A DNA stretch of 64,000 nucleotides from an uncultured Gemmatimonadales bacterium (GCA_963730185.1 CAVSQW010000008.1:480001-544000); one strand, 5' to 3'; counted from the stretch's first letter, positions 27,173 to 36,659 are shown. A program made the numbers and translations. The notes: a model not told the origin generated them from the sequence alone.

Positions 27173-28738
27173 GTGCTGGCACGGGTTCGGGCCTTGGCCC
27201 TCCTCGGGATCGACGCCCATCCCGTCGACGTGGAAGTCGACCTGGCCTCCGGGCTCCCGTCGCTCACCACCGTCGGCCTCCCGCAGGCCGCCGTGCGCGA
27301 AAGCCGGGAACGGGTCGCGGCGGCGCTCGTCAATGCCGGCTTCGAGTTTCCCCTCAAGCGGATCACCGTCAACCTGGCCCCGGCCGACGTGCGGAAAGAA
27401 GGCTCCGCGTTCGATCTGCCGATCGCGCTCGGCGTCCTGGCCGCAAGTGGGCAGATCCCGGTCGGAGCGCTCGAGGGCGGCGTGTTCGTGGGCGAGCTTG
27501 GGCTGGACGGCGAGCTCCGCGCCCTCCGGGGTGCGCTGCCGATGGCGGCTGGCGCCAAGGCGTTGGGCGCCCGGTGGCTGGTGCTCCCCTGGGGCAATGC
27601 GGCCGAGGCGGCCATCGTGTCCGGCCTCGAGGTGCTGGGCGCCGCCCGGCTCGGCGACGTCATCGCGCATCTTGCCGGCCGGACTCGCCTCGATGCCGCC
27701 ACGCCGGGAACGGACGATCCGCCGAGCGCCGACCGGGCCGACGCACCTGACTTCGCCGACGTCAAAGGACAGACGATCGCCAAGCGAGCCCTGGAGGTGG
27801 CCGCGGCAGGCGGGCACAACCTCCTGTTGATCGGACCTCCCGGGGCCGGCAAGACCATGCTCGCCCGGCGGGTGCCGTCCATCCTCCCGCCGCTGGCCGT
27901 CGCCGAGGCGCTGGAAGTGACCAAGATCCACAGTGTTGCGGGGCTCCTGGCGTCCGGGGCGGGCTTGGTGCGCCGCCGCCCGTTCCGGGCGCCGCACCAC
28001 ACCGTGAGCGATGCCGGCCTCTCGGGCGGTGGGGCCATTCCTCGACCGGGCGAGGTGAGCCTGGCCCATCACGGGGTGCTGTTCCTGGACGAGCTGCCCG
28101 AGTTCCGCCGGCACGTGCTCGAGGTCCTCCGCCAGCCTCTCGAGGACGGCGCGGTGTCCGTGTCGCGGGCCCGCCTGAGTGTCCGCTACCCCGCGCGGGT
28201 CATGCTGATCGCGGCCATGAATCCCTGTCCCTGCGGCTTTCGCGGCGACACCCGGCACGCCTGCGGCTGCAGCGACGAGTCGGTCCGGCGGTACCGGGCC
28301 CGCGTGTCGGGGCCGCTGCTCGATCGGATCGACCTCCATGTGTCGGTCCCGGCGACCCCCTGGTCGGACCTGGCGACCGATCGGCTCGCCGAATCGAGCG
28401 CGGCGATCCGGGCTCGGGTCGAAGCCGCCCGGGCGCATCAGCTGGACCGCTATCGGGAGCGTCGGGCGGTCACCGCCAACGCCCACCTCTCGAGCCGCGA
28501 TGTGCGGAGGTTCTGCGGCCTGACGGCGGAGGGCCGCCGCCTCCTCGCCGGGGCAGTGGAGCGCTTGGGCCTCTCGGCTCGGGCCTATACCCGGATCCTC
28601 AAGGTGGCTCGCACCATCGCCGACCTGGCCGGCGCGGAGCGGATCGAAACCGCCCATTTGGCGGAAGCGGTTCAGTATCGGGGATTGGATCGCCGAGCCG
28701 GTTCGCCGGCGGGCACGGCGGGGGCTACGACGCGGTGA
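27173..28738 (+). CDS. comM: YifB/ComM Mg-chelatase-like AAA+ ATPase
   Basis: VGLP..AVRESRERV, NLAPA..KEGS.FDLPIA, GPPGAGKTM, PFRAPHH, LFLDELPEF, MNPCPCG, SGPLLDRID. Confidence 0.95.
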   Translation: MLARVRALALLGIDAHPVDVEVDLASGLPSLTTVGLPQAAVRESRERVAAALVNAGFEFPLKRITVNLAPADVRKEGSAFDLPIALGVLAASGQIPVGALEGGVFVGELGLDGELRALRGALPMAAGAKALGARWLVLPWGNAAEAAIVSGLEVLGAARLGDVIAHLAGRTRLDAATPGTDDPPSADRADAPDFADVKGQTIAKRALEVAAAGGHNLLLIGPPGAGKTMLARRVPSILPPLAVAEALEVTKIHSVAGLLASGAGLVRRRPFRAPHHTVSDAGLSGGGAIPRPGEVSLAHHGVLFLDELPEFRRHVLEVLRQPLEDGAVSVSRARLSVRYPARVMLIAAMNPCPCGFRGDTRHACGCSDESVRRYRARVSGPLLDRIDLHVSVPATPWSDLATDRLAESSAAIRARVEAARAHQLDRYRERRAVTANAHLSSRDVRRFCGLTAEGRRLLAGAVERLGLSARAYTRILKVARTIADLAGAERIETAHLAEAVQYRGLDRRAGSPAGTAGATTR

Positions 28739-29132
28739 GGCTCACCACCATCCGAAGCCGGTACTGGTCCGGCGAGATGGTGGCGTCGGCGGTGCGAGAG
28801 GGAAGGAGCTCGAGCAGCTTGACCTCGTAGGTGCCGTCGGACCAGACGTTGAACCCCGGAGTCGATTCGAGTCGCACCGGATTCTGGGCCGACGAGCCGA
28901 AGATGTCGACCTCCACGCCGGCCGTCCCTTCGGTCACGCAGAGCGAGTCGATCGGGCACCGGCTGTCGCCCACCACGCGGCGGAAGCCGACGGTGAGGTC
29001 GGTGCCCGAAACCCTGACCGTCTGGTTGGGGGCCAACTCGAATTCCTGGCCCACGCCGATCTCGGTCGGCGCGGTAGCCAAGCATCCGGCTAGCGCAAGT
29101 CCCAGCACGGCAAGAAACGCTCTTCGTCGCAT
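28725..29132 (-). CDS. Small hypothetical lipoprotein with DSRCP..C motif
   Basis: MRRR..LALAGC lipobox; DSRCPIDSLCVTEG; SD GGAGG. Confidence 0.8.
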   Translation of the reverse strand: MRRRAFLAVLGLALAGCLATAPTEIGVGQEFELAPNQTVRVSGTDLTVGFRRVVGDSRCPIDSLCVTEGTAGVEVDIFGSSAQNPVRLESTPGFNVWSDGTYEVKLLELLPSRTADATISPDQYRLRMVVSLTAS

Positions 29133-29160
29133 CGGTGATCCAACCTCCGACTCCCCCGGG

Positions 29161-29175
29161 GCAAGCGCCGTACCA
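29161..29175 (-). promoter_or_regulatory. sigma54 (-24/-12) promoter TGGTAC-N5-TTGC
   Basis: Minus strand CTGGTACGGCGCTTGCC, 29 bp upstream of the lipoprotein ATG. Confidence 0.65.
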
Positions 29176-29371
29176 GCCAGGGGCGGGGCCTAACTTCGCC
29201 CCTGGCACCGCGGCCGGGGCGGGCGCCGCCGGGATCGTGTGGGTTCGACACGCAGGATGGACACACCGGCAGCGAATCGCGCCGGCGGCTCGATTGGTGG
29301 TGGTTAGTCAGGGTGGTGGCGGCGGCACGGTCGCACCGCGGGCGCGGCAAGTCGTTGCGCCCGTCGTGGCG

Positions 29372-29899
29372 CTATTTCGTCCCCGGGAACACGTCGTTGA
29401 GTCGATTCACCAGCGCGTACTCGAGCAGGCCGGTGGTGCTGCACGGCACCCGCTCGTTCCGGCCGTCGGGGATGTCGATCGCCTCGGCCTGCATCTGGAG
29501 CTCGAACTGAGTCTTGCCGGCGCCGGACGGCGCGACGGCCATACCGAAGCCGATGTACACGTGCCAGGTGTCGGCGTTGGCCCCGGTCAGCCCCTGGCCG
29601 CAGGAGAAGTAGCGGGAGACCGGGGCCTTGCCGAGCCGGCGCACCGCCCGGAAGCGCGGGTTGCCCAGCTGGCCCGAGCTCTGGTCTTGGACCGTGAGCT
29701 TGAGCCCGAGGTCCTTGAAGATCGGTCCGAGCACCTTCCACACGCTGTCGACGCCGCCGGCGATGACCCCGCGGGTAAGCCCCTGGTCACGATAGAACTG
29801 CACCTGGCCCCAGTCGGTAGTCACCCGTTCGCTCTGGGCGGAGGCGGAACTCACGAAGGCCATGGTGAGGACGAGCGGGACCAGGGTTCGCGTTGCCAT
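29372..29899 (-). CDS. Secreted hypothetical protein (two Cys)
   Basis: Signal peptide ..SSASA; SD GGAGG; perfect TATAAT on the minus strand at 29935-29930. Confidence 0.75.
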   Translation of the reverse strand: MATRTLVPLVLTMAFVSSASAQSERVTTDWGQVQFYRDQGLTRGVIAGGVDSVWKVLGPIFKDLGLKLTVQDQSSGQLGNPRFRAVRRLGKAPVSRYFSCGQGLTGANADTWHVYIGFGMAVAPSGAGKTQFELQMQAEAIDIPDGRNERVPCSTTGLLEYALVNRLNDVFPGTK

Positions 29900-29960
29900 C
29901 GGTTCGCCTCCAGGAGGGGCAGAATCATTATTATAGCGGTCTCTCTCGACTCGGGACGCC

Positions 29961-30893
29961 GTGGATCCCCTGTGCCACACGCTGGTGGGCGGGTGCCTGG
30001 GCCAGAGCGGCCTCAAGCGCCGCACCGGCCTCGGTCTCGCCACTCTCGTCATCGCGGCCAACCTGCCCGACGTCGACGTGCTGGCCATTCCCTTCGGGCG
30101 GAGCCTCGCCTTTCGTCGCGGCTGGACTCACGGGGTGCTGGCGCTGGCCGTCTGGCCGTTCGTGCTGGCCGGCCTGATGTGGCTCTGGAGCCGTTGGCGG
30201 GCCCGTCCCGCCCGCCCCCCGGTCCACCCGGGCCAGCTGCTGCTGCTCAGCGCCATCGGGGTGCTGACCCACCCGTTCCTCGACTACCTGAATACCTACG
30301 GGCTGCGCTGGCTGATGCCGTTCCGGGATCGCTGGTACTACGGCGACAGCCTCTTCATCGTCGATCTGGGCCTGTGGCTCGCGCTCGGTCTCGGCTACCT
30401 GATGTCCAGGACACGGGAGCGGCAGGGCCGCCCCGAACCCGGCCGGCCGGCCCGGGTGGCGCTGGCGCTCTCGGCCCTGTACATCGGGGCGATGATCGGG
30501 AGCACGGTTGGCGCCCGCCGGCAGGTGCAGGCGGCGCTGGGCGGCGACGAGCGGATCATGGTGGCGCCGGTGCCGATCGATCCCTTCCGCCGCCAGGTGG
30601 TGGTGGACGAGGGGCGGAGCTACCGGACCGGAACGTTCCGCTTCGTGGGGTCGCCGCACCTCGAGCTTGGCCCGGAGGTCACCAAGGGAGACCGCCCGGC
30701 GCTGGTCCGGGCCGTCGGGGCCACTCAGGCGGGAGCTGCCTTCCTCCACTGGGCCCGGTTCCCGGTCTTCGAGGCCCGGCAGGTCGGCGATTCGCTAGAT
30801 GTCCACGTCTACGATCTGCGCTACGCCGCGCCCGGCGGAACGTCTTGGGCCGCCCTCGAGGTCAGGGTGCCAGGGTCCGCGCCGCCCGAATGA
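29961..30893 (+). CDS. Inner-membrane metal-dependent hydrolase (YdjM-like)
   Basis: MDPLCHTL.G, ANLPDVD, RGWTHG, HPFLDYLNTYG. Confidence 0.9.
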   Translation: MDPLCHTLVGGCLGQSGLKRRTGLGLATLVIAANLPDVDVLAIPFGRSLAFRRGWTHGVLALAVWPFVLAGLMWLWSRWRARPARPPVHPGQLLLLSAIGVLTHPFLDYLNTYGLRWLMPFRDRWYYGDSLFIVDLGLWLALGLGYLMSRTRERQGRPEPGRPARVALALSALYIGAMIGSTVGARRQVQAALGGDERIMVAPVPIDPFRRQVVVDEGRSYRTGTFRFVGSPHLELGPEVTKGDRPALVRAVGATQAGAAFLHWARFPVFEARQVGDSLDVHVYDLRYAAPGGTSWAALEVRVPGSAPPE

Positions 30894-31818
30894 GCGCGAC
30901 GGCGGACTCGAGGTCGGCCCGGGCCTGGTGCAGCGCCCGCTGGGCGTCCGTCATCCCGACCCACTGAAAGCGTACGTCGCCTCCCGGCCGGATCTGGGCG
31001 AACCGGTCCAGGTCGGCGCCGATGACCACCGCCAGCTTGGGGTAGCCTCCCACCGTCGGCCCGTCCGCCAGGATCACGATCGGTTGCCCGCCGTCCGGCA
31101 CCTGCATCGCGCCGACGCAGGTGCCCTCGGATGGCAGGGTCGAGCGGGTGCCCGGCGCCAGCGGGGGGCCCGTCAGGCGGGTGCCCATCCGGTCGGACTG
31201 CGGGGCGACGGTGTAGGGGGCGCGCTCCAGGGACGCCTGGGCGTCGGGCGGAAAGTGACCGACCTGCGGTCCCGCCATCACCCGAATCGGGCTCGGATCC
31301 GGGTGCCGCACCGCGCCCGGCCAGGAGAACCCGGGCGGTGGGGCGGGGAGGTCGGGCGACACGCCGACCGGCAGCTCGTCGCCGGGGCGGAGGAGGCGGC
31401 CCTCGAGCCCGCCGAAGGCGGCCGGCAGATAGGTGCTCCGGCTTCCCAGCACCGGCGGCACCGCGACCCCGCCTCGGACGGCGAGATAGGCGAGTCGGCC
31501 GCCGTCGGCCCGGCCGATCGAGAGCCGCTGCCCTGCCGCGACCCGGAGCGTGGTGCCCGGCGGAGTCGGCCGGCCGTCGATCGCCACCGGTACCGCGGCG
31601 CCGGCCACGGCCACCAGGGCCGGGTCCGTGAAGGTGACGGCCAGCTCCCCCAGCGCCACCTCGACGGCGGCCGCGTCCGGGGAGTTGCCCACCAGGGCGT
31701 TGGCCAGCTGCAGCGCTACCCGGTCGAGGGCGCCGGCCCGCGGCAGCCCCATGGCCCGACCGGCGCGCCATCCCAGATCCTGCACGGTGGCGAAGCCGGC
31801 GCTCGTAACCCGGATCAT
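30862..31818 (-). CDS. pxpC: 5-oxoprolinase subunit C (carboxyltransferase domain)
   Basis: TVQDLG, GALD, ANALVGN, LGSRST, SDRMG, GQPIVILAD..TVGGYPK. Confidence 0.92.
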   Translation of the reverse strand: MIRVTSAGFATVQDLGWRAGRAMGLPRAGALDRVALQLANALVGNSPDAAAVEVALGELAVTFTDPALVAVAGAAVPVAIDGRPTPPGTTLRVAAGQRLSIGRADGGRLAYLAVRGGVAVPPVLGSRSTYLPAAFGGLEGRLLRPGDELPVGVSPDLPAPPPGFSWPGAVRHPDPSPIRVMAGPQVGHFPPDAQASLERAPYTVAPQSDRMGTRLTGPPLAPGTRSTLPSEGTCVGAMQVPDGGQPIVILADGPTVGGYPKLAVVIGADLDRFAQIRPGGDVRFQWVGMTDAQRALHQARADLESAVALIRAARTLAP

Positions 31819-32471
31819 CCCGCCGCCCTCACGAACCGAACGCGGTCACCCACCGCCAGGAGGTTGGGCGGGTCACGGTCCGGTACGAAGAGCGCCGCTG
31901 GCGTCGAGCCGATCAGATGCCACCCGCCCGGTGTCGCGGAGGGGTAGATGCCGGTCTGGGCGCCGGCGATCGCGACCGAGCCCGCCGGAACTCTGGTGCG
32001 GGGTGCCTGGCGACGAGGCAGGACCAGCGACGGGTCCAGCTCGGCCAGGTAGGCGAATCCCGGGACGAACCCGAGCAGGACGACCCGGTACTCGCGGGCC
32101 AGATGCCGGGCGACCACCTCGTCGGTCGAGATCCCCACCCTCGCGGCCACCTCGCCCAGGTCGGGGCCGTCGTACCGGACCGGGAGCTCCACCAGCCGAC
32201 CGACCGAACCGGCCTCCGTCTCGAGCGGTCCGGCCAGGAGCGAGCGAAGCCCGTCGCGCAGCGTCGCCGCATCGATGACCAGCGGGTCGTAGTGGACGGT
32301 GAGGGTGGTGTAGGCGGGGACGGTCTCGATCACCCCGGGCAGACGGGCCGTCCCGATCGCCCGGCCGAGGGCCACCACCCTGGCCTCGGTGGCCGGGTCG
32401 ACCGACGGCCCGAGCACCAGAGAGAAGGCGGCGTCGCCGAGGGAGAGAAGACGGGCGGGGGGAGGGGTCAC
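31815..32471 (-). CDS. pxpB: 5-oxoprolinase subunit B
   Basis: VPAYTTL, PVRYDGPDL, GFVPGFAYL, PRTRVPAGSVAIAG.QTGIYP..TPGGWHLIG. Confidence 0.93.
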   Translation of the reverse strand: MTPPPARLLSLGDAAFSLVLGPSVDPATEARVVALGRAIGTARLPGVIETVPAYTTLTVHYDPLVIDAATLRDGLRSLLAGPLETEAGSVGRLVELPVRYDGPDLGEVAARVGISTDEVVARHLAREYRVVLLGFVPGFAYLAELDPSLVLPRRQAPRTRVPAGSVAIAGAQTGIYPSATPGGWHLIGSTPAALFVPDRDPPNLLAVGDRVRFVRAAG

Positions 32472-33229
32472 CGGGCGAAGGGCGCGACGTCGACGCCTTC
32501 CGCCTCCAGCCGCTCGCGAAGGGCGCGGATGATCCCGACCGCGTGCGGTCCGTCGCCGTGCACGCAAAGCGAATCCGGTCGCACGATCCGGCGGGTCCCG
32601 TCGACCGCGACCACGTAGTGCTCCTTGACCATTCGGACCGCGCGCTCGACGACGGTGGGGATGTCGTCGAGGACCGAGCCGGGCTGGCTCCGGGGCAGCA
32701 AATGCCCGTCGGCCTGGTAGGCCCGGTCGACGAACGCCTCCCGGGCCACCTCGAGACCGAGGGTCGCGGCTTCGTCGAGCATCACGGTCCCGTCGAGACC
32801 GAGGAGAACCAGCGAGGGGTCGAACGCCCGGATCCCGCGGGCCACCGCCCGGGCGACCTCGGCGTCACGGGCCGCCCGGTTGTAGAGCGCGCCGTGGGGC
32901 TTCACGTATCTGAGGGTGGCACCCTGGCCCACGCAGAAGGCCGCAAGCGCCCCGATCTGGTAGATCACGTACGCCTCGACCTCGGCCGGTGTCGCGGCGA
33001 GGTCTCGTCGACCGAAGCCCAACAGGTCGGGATACGAGGGATGGGCGCCGATGGTCACCCCGCGGGCGACGGCCAGTCCGACCGTTTCCCGCATCACTAC
33101 CGGATCGCCGGCGTGAAACCCGCAGGCGACGTTGGCGGAGCTGACCAGACCGAGCATCTCGGGGTCGGAATCGAGCCGGTACCGGCCGAAGCCCTCACCC
33201 AAGTCCGCGTTGAGGTCGATGCTGGTCAC
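32468..33229 (-). CDS. pxpA: 5-oxoprolinase subunit A (LamB/YcsF)
   Basis: IDLNADLGEGFG, SANVACGFHAGDP, GAHPSYPD, YVKPHGALYN, LCVHGD. Confidence 0.96.
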   Translation of the reverse strand: MTSIDLNADLGEGFGRYRLDSDPEMLGLVSSANVACGFHAGDPVVMRETVGLAVARGVTIGAHPSYPDLLGFGRRDLAATPAEVEAYVIYQIGALAAFCVGQGATLRYVKPHGALYNRAARDAEVARAVARGIRAFDPSLVLLGLDGTVMLDEAATLGLEVAREAFVDRAYQADGHLLPRSQPGSVLDDIPTVVERAVRMVKEHYVVAVDGTRRIVRPDSLCVHGDGPHAVGIIRALRERLEAEGVDVAPFAR

Positions 33230-33912
33230 GTCGTGTCAGGGGTCGCGCGCGGTGCCGGTTTGAGGATCCGAAATGCGAAGCTCTGCTCCACCCACTGCCG
33301 CACTCGGTGCGAGGCGTGAATGGCCGGGCGGAAGAGCATGCTCTTGAGCGCCTCCCGCACCGATTGCGAAAAGGCCGGGTCGGTGCTCCGGATGATCCGG
33401 ATCGTCGTGGTGTCCACCCGGCCGGTGGTGTCGACCACGTAGTGCACGAAAGTACTGCCCTCGATGCTCTTCTCCAGCATCCCCGGCGGGTAGACCGGCG
33501 CGGCGCTGCTGGGGTCGCGCTGGACGACCGAGTCCACTTCGATTTCGCTCAACGCCACTTCGGCGTCGGCCGGTTCGCCCGTGGGCTCGTTCTGGACCGC
33601 CGTGTCGCCCAGCTGTCCCTTGGTCACCGGAGCCACGGGGTCCGGGGTCGGGTCGGGGACCTCGTCCACCGCCCCACCGTTGCCCGACACGGCCGACCAG
33701 TCGATGCCGCGATGCTGGCTCTCCCGGGCCGGCTCGTCGACCGGAGGCAGCAGGAAGACCACCAACTGGTCGATCGGATCCTGATCGGAGGCGTGGTCGC
33801 GAGCGGGTAGGGCCACCGGCAATACGACAGCCGCGTGGACGGCGAAGCTGATCAACGCCGCCAACGGCAACCGGGCCGGAGCCCCGTGCTCCAGACTGAA
33901 ACGACGCGCCAC
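33226..33912 (-). CDS. TonB family energy transducer (TonB C-terminal domain)
   Basis: TM with S..VH (ISFAVH), Pro-rich linker, PVYP...IEG...YVVDTTGRV, FRPA...VRQWVEQSFAF. Confidence 0.85.
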   Translation of the reverse strand: MARRFSLEHGAPARLPLAALISFAVHAAVVLPVALPARDHASDQDPIDQLVVFLLPPVDEPARESQHRGIDWSAVSGNGGAVDEVPDPTPDPVAPVTKGQLGDTAVQNEPTGEPADAEVALSEIEVDSVVQRDPSSAAPVYPPGMLEKSIEGSTFVHYVVDTTGRVDTTTIRIIRSTDPAFSQSVREALKSMLFRPAIHASHRVRQWVEQSFAFRILKPAPRATPDTT

Positions 33913-34013
33913 GTTGGACCCTCGATTTCAACAGTAGATCATCCGTCCCGACGAGAGCAAGAGGGGCGCGGTTTCGGGGGCGGCCCCGGCTTGAATCGGT
34001 CGATCTCAAGGCA

Positions 34014-34054
34014 ATATATTTTTATTTGACAAATAAAAGTATATATCGTAGGTT
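34014..34054 (+). promoter_or_regulatory. sigma70 promoter TTGACA-N17-TAGGTT inside a long AT-rich palindrome (probable MarR operator)
   Basis: TTTTATTTG-A-CAAATAAAA (34020-34038), extending to 34014-34044 with one mismatch; -35 at 34026-31, -10 at 34049-54. Confidence 0.8.
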
Positions 34055-34062
34055 CTTCCGCC

Positions 34063-34545
34063 GTGGCCCTCGATCCAGTCGGCCGCATGCTCGCGGCCTA
34101 TCCCGTCATTCACCAGGCTTGCCGTCAGCGCGATCTCCCCGCGCCGGAGGGCGGCGCTCGCGTCAGCGCGCACCAGGCCTCGGTGCTGGCTCAGTTGGAC
34201 GCGGATCGGGGGATCACCCTCACCGAGCTCGCCGGGCGAGTGGGCACCGCGCTGCCGACCATGTCGCTCCTGGTGGACCGGCTGGCGCGGGCCGGGTTGC
34301 TGGAGCGGGGTCGCGATCCCGAGGACGGGCGCCGGGTGCTGATCCGATTGACCGCGCCCGGCGAGCGGGTGGTGTCGTTGCGCTCGCTGCTCGATCCGGA
34401 GCGGGTCAGGGCGCTCCTCGCCAGCTTGACTCCCGCGGAACGAGTTCGGAGCGTCGACGGCCTCGCCACCCTGGCGCGTGCCGCCCGCCGCTTGTCGTCC
34501 ACCGCCCCCGAACGTCAACCGTCATCCGAACGAGGTCGGGAATGA
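34063..34545 (+). CDS. MarR-family transcriptional regulator
   Basis: QASVLAQL, TLTELA....PTMS.LVDRL...GLLER..DPEDGRRVLIRLT..G. Confidence 0.9.
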   Translation: MALDPVGRMLAAYPVIHQACRQRDLPAPEGGARVSAHQASVLAQLDADRGITLTELAGRVGTALPTMSLLVDRLARAGLLERGRDPEDGRRVLIRLTAPGERVVSLRSLLDPERVRALLASLTPAERVRSVDGLATLARAARRLSSTAPERQPSSERGRE

Positions 34546-35120
34546 ACCGGAAGGGTCGTCGTCGCCGGGCCCGATGGCGCCGGGCGCTGACCGCCGGGCC
34601 GCCGCTGGTGGGCCTGGCCCTCTACCTGATCGGAACCCGTCTGCCGCCGGTCTGCCGGCTCGAGGCCAGCCGCCGGGTGCCGGCGTCGCCCGAGTCCGTG
34701 TGGGCGGTGCTGACCGACCTCGACGACATGCCGGCCTGGCGCGCCGATCTTCGGTCGATTGAGCGCCTCCCCGGGCGGGCCGACGCCGTGCGCTGGCTCG
34801 AGGTCGGCCGCCGCGGACGCACCGCGTGGGAGCGAATCGCGGCCGAGCCGCCGACCCGGCTGGTGGTGCGCGAACTGGCCGGGGTGTCGGGGGTGGAGCG
34901 GACCTACCGGATCCGGGCGATCGACGGCGGGGCCACCTTGCTGCTGTCCGAGGAGCGACCGGTGCGCAATCCGTTCCAACGGGTGGCCATCGCGGTGCTT
35001 GGCCCGGATCGATCGGGGGTCGACCGGTTCGTCGCCGATCTCGCCGCCCGGCTCCTCGGGCGACGCCAGCAGGTGGTGGCCGGGGCCGGCGGTCAGGGCG
35101 GTGAGCCGGGTGGCCGTTGA
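34542..35120 (+). CDS. SRPBCC/START-like (polyketide cyclase) family protein with N-terminal TM
   Basis: PASPESVWAVLTD...PAWRADL, EPPTRLV; ATGA overlap with marR. Confidence 0.8.
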   Translation: MNRKGRRRRARWRRALTAGPPLVGLALYLIGTRLPPVCRLEASRRVPASPESVWAVLTDLDDMPAWRADLRSIERLPGRADAVRWLEVGRRGRTAWERIAAEPPTRLVVRELAGVSGVERTYRIRAIDGGATLLLSEERPVRNPFQRVAIAVLGPDRSGVDRFVADLAARLLGRRQQVVAGAGGQGGEPGGR

Positions 35121-35182
35121 GCGGTCGTGGCCGGCCCGGAACCGGGGTAGTTTGGAGGAACCCTCTTGACCGGAGCGACCCG

Positions 35183-36343
35183 ATGCGTGGAACCATCGTC
35201 CTGATCGGCGCCGGGTTGGGGGCGCTGCTCGCCCTTGGCTGTCGTCCGACCGGCCCCAGTCGGACCACCGGCGCCTTCGTCACGACGTTGGGCGACGACA
35301 CCGTGGCGTTCGAGCGATACACCCGGAGCGACAACCGGCTCGAGGGTGAGCTGGTGACCACCTCGCCGCGGACCCGGGTGAGTCGCTACGTGGTGGACTT
35401 CGACGAGCAGGGCTCGGTTTCCCGCTACGAGCTCACCGTGTCTGATCCCGGTGGCGGCCCTCCGGCGCTCTCGGCCACCGCGGACGTCGGCTCGGGGGCC
35501 ATCACCTCGGTGCTTCACCGGGGCGACAAGGTGGATACGGTCACGCTCACCGCGGGGCAGGACGTGTTTCCCTCAGCGCTTTACGCCTGGGGGCTGAGCG
35601 AGCTCGCCACCGAGGCGCTGGCCCGGTCGGATCGGGACAGCCTGGCCTTGGAGCAGTACAGCGCCGGCGCCCAACGGACCAACGAGGTGGACGTCGTCCG
35701 CCGGGGTGACTCGGTCTCGATGTCGTTTTTCGGAAGCCCGATGATGCTGGCGGTCGACTCGTCGGGGCGGGTGCTCGGTGCCGACGGGGCCCACACCACC
35801 GTCAAGGTGAGGGTGGCGCGGGTGGACAGCCTGAACCTGGACGCCCTGGTGGCCGCCTTCGCCGGGCGCGATCAGGCGGGGCATTCGCTCGGGACGCTCT
35901 CGCCCCGCGACACCGTGCGGGCCGCGGTGGGCCGAGCCGAATTGCTGGTCGACTACGGCCGGCCGTCGGCGCGGGGCCGGCGGATCGTCGGCGGGATCGT
36001 GCCGTACGATCAGGTCTGGCGGACAGGCGCCAACGCCGCCACCCAGCTGTCCACCAGCCGCCCCCTGACCTTCGGCTCGCTGGCGGTCCCGGCCGGGACC
36101 TACACCCTCTGGACCCGGCCGACGGCCGACGGCGTGTCGCTGATCATCAATCGGCAGACGGGGCAGTGGGGTACCGAGTACAATCCCGCCCGGGACCTGG
36201 GCCGGGTCTCGATGCGGGTCGACTCGCTGGCGACCCCGGTGGAGCGGTTCACGATCTCGATCGAGGCGACCGAGGGTGGGGCGGGGGAGCTGCGGCTGGA
36301 TTGGGATCGGACCCGTTGGGTGGCGCCCTTCAGGGCTCGTTAG
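35183..36343 (+). CDS. DUF2911 domain lipoprotein
   Basis: Lipobox LALGC; C-terminal SPRD, VDYGRPSARGR, VWRTGANAAT, GTYTLW, QWGTEY, ERFTI. Confidence 0.87.
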   Translation: MRGTIVLIGAGLGALLALGCRPTGPSRTTGAFVTTLGDDTVAFERYTRSDNRLEGELVTTSPRTRVSRYVVDFDEQGSVSRYELTVSDPGGGPPALSATADVGSGAITSVLHRGDKVDTVTLTAGQDVFPSALYAWGLSELATEALARSDRDSLALEQYSAGAQRTNEVDVVRRGDSVSMSFFGSPMMLAVDSSGRVLGADGAHTTVKVRVARVDSLNLDALVAAFAGRDQAGHSLGTLSPRDTVRAAVGRAELLVDYGRPSARGRRIVGGIVPYDQVWRTGANAATQLSTSRPLTFGSLAVPAGTYTLWTRPTADGVSLIINRQTGQWGTEYNPARDLGRVSMRVDSLATPVERFTISIEATEGGAGELRLDWDRTRWVAPFRAR

Positions 36344-36659
36344 GCGGCGCGTGGTCCGGACCGGCGGCGGCGCAGCGCTCAAGGGCCCGGGCCAGGTAGA
36401 TCTCCACCAGGTCGAAGTGCAGCGTCCGGGTACGCTGGATCCAGCGGGGCGAGCAGCCGACCGCCACGGCCGCTTCGACGAGGGCCTCCTCGCTCCGGGC
36501 CAACAGGTGGGCGGTGCGCCGGCCCCTTGACTTGAAGAGGTTCGCGTGCACCGCGATCCCGCCCTGGCGGGCCCAACCGCGCGCCTCCTTGACCTCGCGG
36601 GTGCCGAAGGATCGCCAGCCGAGCGGGGAGTGGGGGGTGTCGGCGGGCTCACTCGTCAT
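36330..36659 (-). CDS. DUF4031-like protein
   Basis: AHLLA...L...A..VG...RWIQ.....HFDL pattern; overlaps the arfB stop. Confidence 0.65.
   Translation of the reverse strand: MTSEPADTPHSPLGWRSFGTREVKEARGWARQGGIAVHANLFKSRGRRTAHLLARSEEALVEAAVAVGCSPRWIQRTRTLHFDLVEIYLARALERCAAAGPDHAPPNEP

Noticed and set aside
29231..29255. tRNA-like GGTTCGA within a CGTGT/ACACG hairpin
   Set aside because: No cloverleaf, D-arm or acceptor stem can be built around it.
29090..29350. Small minus-strand ORF with a CPSC motif in the intergenic gap
   Set aside because: It has a single CxxC, no clear SD, and overlaps the sigma54 promoter and lipoprotein start, so support is insufficient.
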